A stretch of DNA of 64,000 nt from Verrucomicrobiia bacterium (GTDB lineage Bacteria > Verrucomicrobiota > Verrucomicrobiia > Limisphaerales > UBA1319). The stretch lies in assembly GCA_963664225.1 (NCBI GenBank), contig OY760937.1, forward strand, positions 608,001 through 672,000, given 5' to 3'. A program made the position numbers and the translations under genes. The notes beneath the pieces are model-generated. The model was not told where the DNA came from and did not search any database. It saw nothing but the letters and a program-made list of their open reading frames with translations. Of this stretch, positions 58,972 to 64,000 are shown one piece after another; position 1 is the first letter of the stretch, and every line of letters starts with the position of its first letter.

Positions 58972-60921
58972 ATGACAAAAAAGGTCCTTTTAACCAGTGT
59001 GTGCCGCCCCTTGGGGCCGAAATACGGCGAGTCTCCATCCGTTGGCTATGAATTGCTGCACGGGCAGGTGACGCGCGCCCAGGGATTGTTCAGCCCGCGC
59101 GCGGTGCATCTGCAATTCGGTCTCGAATATATCGCGGAGAACCTCGATGCGCCAACCGTGGTGCTGCAGTATCCGTCGAAGCGCGAGCTGATCGAAGAGT
59201 TGAAGAAGGGCTACGAATACGTGGGCGTCTGTTTCGTAATGGCGGTGATGCACAAGATGAAGGACACGGTGGCCTTGATCCGCCAATATGCGCCGCAGAG
59301 CAAGATCGTTCTCGGAGGTTACGGAACGGTGCTCAAGGATGAGGTGCTTGCGCCCTTCGCGGATTACATTTGCCGCGAGGAAGGGGTGGCCTTCATGCGG
59401 CGGTTGCTGGGCGAACCCGAGATTCCGATTCCCTACAAACATCCGCTCCTGGTGAGCAGCCTGAAGGTGTTTGGTCAAAAGGTTTCAAGCACGGGGATGA
59501 TTTTTGCGGGCCTGGGTTGTCCCAACGGTTGCGATTTTTGCTGCACTTCGCACTTCTTTTCCCGGAAACACATCAAGCTGCTGCCGACCGGGCAGGACAT
59601 CTTTGGCGTGATGGAGCGCTACCTCGATACGGACCCGAACATGGTTTTCACGGTTCTGGACGAGGATTTTCTGCTCAACAAAAAGCGGGCGATGGAGTTC
59701 CACGAATGCGTCGTGAAGAGCGGAAAAACGCTTTCGATCTTTGTCTTTTCCAGCATCAAAGCGATCAGCCAATACACGGTTGAGGAAATCCTGGAAATGG
59801 GCATCGACGGTTTCTGGATTGGCTACGAGGGGACACGCTCGGGCTACGCCAAACAGCAGGGGCGGCCCGTGGAAGAGATTCTCACGGAGTTTCGCGCGCA
59901 TGGCATCACTGTGCTGGCTTCGATGATTCTCGGGTTTGATTATCAAAATCAAGAGGTTGTGGCGAAGGAGTTGGATGGATTGCTGAAGCTCAAACCGGCG
60001 CTGGCGCAATTCCTGATCTACGGTCCGGTGCCGGGCACGCCGTTTTATGAGCGGGTTATCAAGGAAAAACTCTTGCAGGATAAATTTACCAACGACAAGG
60101 ACCTTTACTATCGCCGGGCGGACGGGTTTGCGACGATGATCAAACATCCGACGCTCTCAACCGATGCCATTGAAGAGATGCAGCGGTGGTGTTTCGAGGA
60201 GGATTTTCGACGCCTGGGGCCGAGCATTTTCCGGGTCCTGGAAACCCGGTTTCTTGGATACCTGAAACTCAGGGACTCGCCCAATGCCCTGCTGCGCGAA
60301 AAGGCGTCATTCTACGCCAGGGATCTGCGGGTGGCGTACCCAGTGTTTCTCGCGGGCAGGCTCCTGGGCCCCAATGCCGCGGTGCGGCGCTGGATTGCCG
60401 ATTTGGAAGCGAGCATCCATGCCGAATTGGGACGCCCTGGATTCGTTGAAAGGGTTAAATCCGTGCTGGCCGTGGGGGCTGCCGCGTGGACCGGAGCAAC
60501 GTTGAAACTGAATCTGTTCCAGCATCCCAAACTGACACGCACGCCTTACCGGATGCCCGGGAGCCGTTGGAGCGCGTATGAACTGTGGGAGCAATTCCGC
60601 CGCGAGACATCGATTCCCGATCTGTCCATTCAAGTCGAAGTGCAGCACTCGAAGCGGCAGGTCTGGTTGCGTCTGGAAGGCAGGATTTCCGCAGCGACTG
60701 CCGAGGGACTGGGCCAACGAATCCGTGATTCCCTCGCGCGGAGCAAGAGCCGGCTAGTGCTGGATTTGAAGAAGCTCCATTGGGAGAAGGGGGAAGACCT
60801 GAGCCCACTCAGAGAAAAGCTTGCGGCCTATCGCTCCAGAATTCGGCTGGTCTTACCAAAGCTCTCGGCGGCACATCCTGAGTTGTTGGTGATTGCCAGC
60901 ATGTTTCAGCATTACAAGTGA
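58972..60921 (+). CDS. B12-binding radical SAM protein with a C-terminal STAS-like domain
   Basis: KIVLGGY...REEG cobalamin-binding fold, CPNGCDFC, PVPGTPFY. Confidence 0.88.
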   Translation: MTKKVLLTSVCRPLGPKYGESPSVGYELLHGQVTRAQGLFSPRAVHLQFGLEYIAENLDAPTVVLQYPSKRELIEELKKGYEYVGVCFVMAVMHKMKDTVALIRQYAPQSKIVLGGYGTVLKDEVLAPFADYICREEGVAFMRRLLGEPEIPIPYKHPLLVSSLKVFGQKVSSTGMIFAGLGCPNGCDFCCTSHFFSRKHIKLLPTGQDIFGVMERYLDTDPNMVFTVLDEDFLLNKKRAMEFHECVVKSGKTLSIFVFSSIKAISQYTVEEILEMGIDGFWIGYEGTRSGYAKQQGRPVEEILTEFRAHGITVLASMILGFDYQNQEVVAKELDGLLKLKPALAQFLIYGPVPGTPFYERVIKEKLLQDKFTNDKDLYYRRADGFATMIKHPTLSTDAIEEMQRWCFEEDFRRLGPSIFRVLETRFLGYLKLRDSPNALLREKASFYARDLRVAYPVFLAGRLLGPNAAVRRWIADLEASIHAELGRPGFVERVKSVLAVGAAAWTGATLKLNLFQHPKLTRTPYRMPGSRWSAYELWEQFRRETSIPDLSIQVEVQHSKRQVWLRLEGRISAATAEGLGQRIRDSLARSKSRLVLDLKKLHWEKGEDLSPLREKLAAYRSRIRLVLPKLSAAHPELLVIASMFQHYK

Positions 60922-61068
60922 GCGGTCGATTGCGCCTTCGTTAATCCACACACCGGGCGACGGTTCAAACCCGTTTCCCGGGAGCTGAAGACGTTTTTTT
61001 GGCGAGGAGTTTTGCGGGGCTTTTGTGGGGAAAAAATAGCGCGCTGCAATCGGTGTTCCCTCATTGGT

Positions 61069-62850
61069 TCAGACGTTACAGCCGCAACCCATTTCCCAAA
61101 GGCGTCCATCCGCACCAAAAATGGGGGTGTGACTGTGTTGTGCCGCAGGTGCATTAACGTAGCCGCCATAGCGTCCAATGGGTGACCAATCGGGACTTAC
61201 AGGAGGCAGGGGAGGATTCAACGAAGCAAATTCCTCTGCCGCGTATGCGATCTTTCCATCGCAAAGAGTGAGCACTGATTCGATTCGACGGATTTGCTCG
61301 TCGGCGCAGGTGATGAAGTCATCGCTCAATACAGCCATATCGGCAAATTGCCCATTCGACAACGTGCCCTTTTTATCCGCTTCGCCGCTGAACCAGGCGC
61401 TGCCCTGTGTGTAGAGGCGCAAGGCCTGTTCGCGTGAAAGCAGATTCTCGGCTGAGGTCAATGGGGTGCCGCCGACCGACTTTCCGGTCACCAGCCAATA
61501 GAGACAGGTCCATGGATGATAACTGGCGACCCGTGTGCCGTCCGTTCCCGCGCCAACGGGAAGACCGGCTGCGAGCATTTTCTTGATTGGCGGACAAGCC
61601 ATTGCGGCGCCGCGTCCGAAGCGCCGGATGAAATACTCTCCCTGGTAGGCCATGCGGTGTTGGATGGCGATGCCGCCGCCCAGGGCGCGCGTGCGGTCCA
61701 GGTTCTTCTGGGAAATGGTTTCCGCGTGATCGAAGAACCAGCGCAGACCCTTGAAGGGGATGTCGCGGTTGACCCGCTCAAAAACGCCAAGGAAACGTTC
61801 GATGGTTTCATCGTAGGTCGAATGAATGCGGAACGGCCACCGGGCGGTCACCACAGCGCGCACAACAGCTTCAAGCTCGGATTCCATCACGGGACGCAGT
61901 TCAGGTCTCGGCTGAAGGAAGTTTTCAAAGTCGGCGGCGCTCCAGACCAGGTTCTCACCCGCACCGGCCACCCGGAGCATGTCGTCGCCTTCACCGGGTT
62001 TGGTCATGCCGATCCAGCGTGTGAAATCCGCCAATTCGCTTCCGGCCTTCTGTGCGAAAAGACTGTAGGCAATTCTTACGGTGAGTTGGCCGTCCTGGGC
62101 CAGGCGACGGATGACGGCATAGTCGTCTGGGAAATTCTGCCAGCCACCGCCGGCATCGCAGACGCTAGTCACTCCGAAGCGGTTCATTTCCCGCAGGAAA
62201 TGGCGCGACGAATTCAGTTGGTCATCGAACGAGAGTTTTGGGGCGCGGCCGATGGTCGAATAGAGAATGAACGCGTTGGGTTCGGCAATGAGCAAACCGG
62301 TTGGCTCGCCGCTGGCGTCGCGGGCGATAAGACCCTCGGGTGGGTTCGGTGTGCCGCTATTCATGCCCAGCGCACGAATCGCAGCGCGATTCAACAGAGC
62401 GCAGTCGTATAAGTGCAGCACTATGACTGGAGTATCCGGTGCGGCGGCGTTCAATTCATCCAGTGTGGGCATCCGTTGTTCTGCAAATTGCCACTCATTC
62501 CAACCGCCAATGACCCGCACCCAGTGTGGGGGCGGCGTGCGCTGGGCCTGTTCCTTGAGCATTCTTAAGGCATCGGCCAACGAGGGCACGCCATCCCAGC
62601 GTAGCTCGAGGTTGTAGTAAAGGCCCGCCCGGATGATGTGGAGATGGGAATCGTTCAGGCCGGGAATCACGCGTCTTCCGTGCAGATCGATGACTCTCGC
62701 ATCCGGATTGCGCAGGTCGGGGTTTGGATTGTCCACGCCGACGATGTGTCCTCCCCGAAGCGTGAGGTTTCCGGCCTCGGGATGGTTGGGATCGAGCGTG
62801 GTGATGCGTCCGTTGTGCAGAATCACCTCAGGAATATTTGGAGTTGTCAT
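61069..62850 (-). CDS. YtcJ-like amidohydrolase (Amidohydro_3)
   Basis: PGLNDSHLH, RIHSTY, DHAE, GAGTD, GQFADMAVL. Confidence 0.92.
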   Translation of the reverse strand: MTTPNIPEVILHNGRITTLDPNHPEAGNLTLRGGHIVGVDNPNPDLRNPDARVIDLHGRRVIPGLNDSHLHIIRAGLYYNLELRWDGVPSLADALRMLKEQAQRTPPPHWVRVIGGWNEWQFAEQRMPTLDELNAAAPDTPVIVLHLYDCALLNRAAIRALGMNSGTPNPPEGLIARDASGEPTGLLIAEPNAFILYSTIGRAPKLSFDDQLNSSRHFLREMNRFGVTSVCDAGGGWQNFPDDYAVIRRLAQDGQLTVRIAYSLFAQKAGSELADFTRWIGMTKPGEGDDMLRVAGAGENLVWSAADFENFLQPRPELRPVMESELEAVVRAVVTARWPFRIHSTYDETIERFLGVFERVNRDIPFKGLRWFFDHAETISQKNLDRTRALGGGIAIQHRMAYQGEYFIRRFGRGAAMACPPIKKMLAAGLPVGAGTDGTRVASYHPWTCLYWLVTGKSVGGTPLTSAENLLSREQALRLYTQGSAWFSGEADKKGTLSNGQFADMAVLSDDFITCADEQIRRIESVLTLCDGKIAYAAEEFASLNPPLPPVSPDWSPIGRYGGYVNAPAAQHSHTPIFGADGRLWEMGCGCNV

Positions 62851-62862
62851 GGCAGGAATTGG

Positions 62863-64000
62863 TTAAAAGCGGAAGGTCATCCAGGTCGAAACATAGTCAA
62901 CGTCCGCAGCCGGCGGATTCGCCTGGAGGAATGTCCCGGCAAAAAAGTGCGAATAATTGGCGGACCACGAGAGGAGCCTCGAAAGGCGCCTGTCAACTTG
63001 CGCGGCGCACTGTGCTCCGATGTAGCGGGAGCCGCCGTTGACGCCTGATCGGGCAATGTTGAGGCCGGTATTATACACTCCGTCATGAATGCTTTCGCGC
63101 CAGAAGAAATCGGCGTCAGTGGTAAAAGTGATGGATCGCGTGGGATGTAAATCAATCGAAGGATGCAGATCGATGTGGTTCTGCGGACCTATCAATCCGG
63201 TCTCACCAAAATAGGCGCCTTTTGGGAATAGGGGATTGAAAGTCTGGAGGTCAGGATTCTTTGGGTCGCGGTCGCCGCTTGTTGCGTCCGCCTTGAAGCC
63301 CAGACGCGGAGTCCACATGGTGTTTTCGAACGTGAAGCCCGTGTCGCTTGCCGCCGTCCATGCCGAGATGTTGCCGTCACCAAACTCGCCGAACTGATAG
63401 ACAAACTCAAAATTCCAGTCCCAACCGGCGTGGCGTCCCCAGAGGCGTGTGCCGACCGAATGGCGCAGTTCCCGCGCCGTGCCCTGGTCATAATGAGCCG
63501 CGTCCCTTTGCAGTCCAAGATAGTAGAAGTCCGCATGGCCCCCCGGCACCCACTTGAACGGAGCGACGCCATACAATCCCCAGAACCCGGTATGCGGATC
63601 GGGGTGGTCATCGAATATGCCGGGATTGGTTTCGACGGGCCGCGTGGCAAACGCGTCGAATTGCCAGTTCTCCAACTTCAAGGTTGCGCGCGCGCCATCG
63701 AAACTCTGCCGGACGTTTGGAGATTCACGAACGGAGACCAATCGTTGGGATCCAAACGACAATTCCTGACGCCCCAAACGCAGGGTGAGCGACTGTTGCG
63801 CATCCCACGGAATCCTTGCGTCGGCGAAGAGTTGATGGACATCTAAATCATCGCGATCCGTGGGGCGGGGTCCGCCGTCGCGGTCGTATTCCAACCCGGT
63901 CTTGAACTGCGTGAATAAACGGAAGTATTCGCCGGCGTGCGCATCGGCGTGAAGCATGAACCGTGTCAGGGAGTAACCGTTGTCGTCCTGCGGGCCGCGG
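62863..64000 (-). CDS. alginate export family outer-membrane protein (5' end outside the window)
   Basis: LGRQELSFGSQRLVSVRESPNVRQSFDG, SGDRDP...TFNPLFP, C-terminal Phe. Confidence 0.9.
   Translation of the reverse strand, partial: RGPQDDNGYSLTRFMLHADAHAGEYFRLFTQFKTGLEYDRDGGPRPTDRDDLDVHQLFADARIPWDAQQSLTLRLGRQELSFGSQRLVSVRESPNVRQSFDGARATLKLENWQFDAFATRPVETNPGIFDDHPDPHTGFWGLYGVAPFKWVPGGHADFYYLGLQRDAAHYDQGTARELRHSVGTRLWGRHAGWDWNFEFVYQFGEFGDGNISAWTAASDTGFTFENTMWTPRLGFKADATSGDRDPKNPDLQTFNPLFPKGAYFGETGLIGPQNHIDLHPSIDLHPTRSITFTTDADFFWRESIHDGVYNTGLNIARSGVNGGSRYIGAQCAAQVDRRLSRLLSWSANYSHFFAGTFLQANPPAADVDYVSTWMTFRF

Noticed and set aside
1..64000. tRNA or rRNA genes and known riboswitches
   Set aside because: None was recognised by eye in the intergenic regions; a tRNAscan/Rfam run would be needed to exclude them.

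Overview
A GC-rich bacterial chromosomal window, most likely Verrucomicrobiota subdivision 3 (Pedosphaera/Limisphaera-like). That assignment is an inference from gene content and protein style. It is mostly housekeeping: an Amidase_3 amidase, yggS, hisB with an ECF sigma/anti-sigma pair, ogt, ruvB, thyA-folA, purD, a complete six-gene Ech-type [NiFe] hydrogenase operon (echABCDEF), a deoxyhypusine-synthase-like gene, a dimeric dUTPase, guaB, exbB-exbD-TonB-like genes, rdgB, a UvrA-family gene, a ClC channel, three tandem CNNM/CorC genes, a second ECF operon, a B12-radical SAM enzyme, an amidohydrolase and an alginate-export porin. The most unusual part is an accessory patch at about 6.1-15 kb. 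It holds a BspA-type LRR protein, an AT-rich orphan Ser/Thr kinase, an IS3 remnant and a 3.85-kb non-coding tandem array of about 6.3 copies of a 614-615 bp unit. The unit is built from three sequence-divergent but structurally parallel three-hairpin modules plus a GTAG-type REP. Other items worth follow-up are a dispersed ~205-bp MITE-like family (terminal repeat GGGTGCATGACAAAATTCTT) that overlaps gene 3' ends, a GNAT / SET / divergent RimK-like ATP-grasp cassette, a secreted protein with three pilin-like CxNNLxQ modules, an apparently inactive S41 protease homolog and an unannotated 28-aa membrane peptide. No rRNA, tRNA or CRISPR array was recognised.
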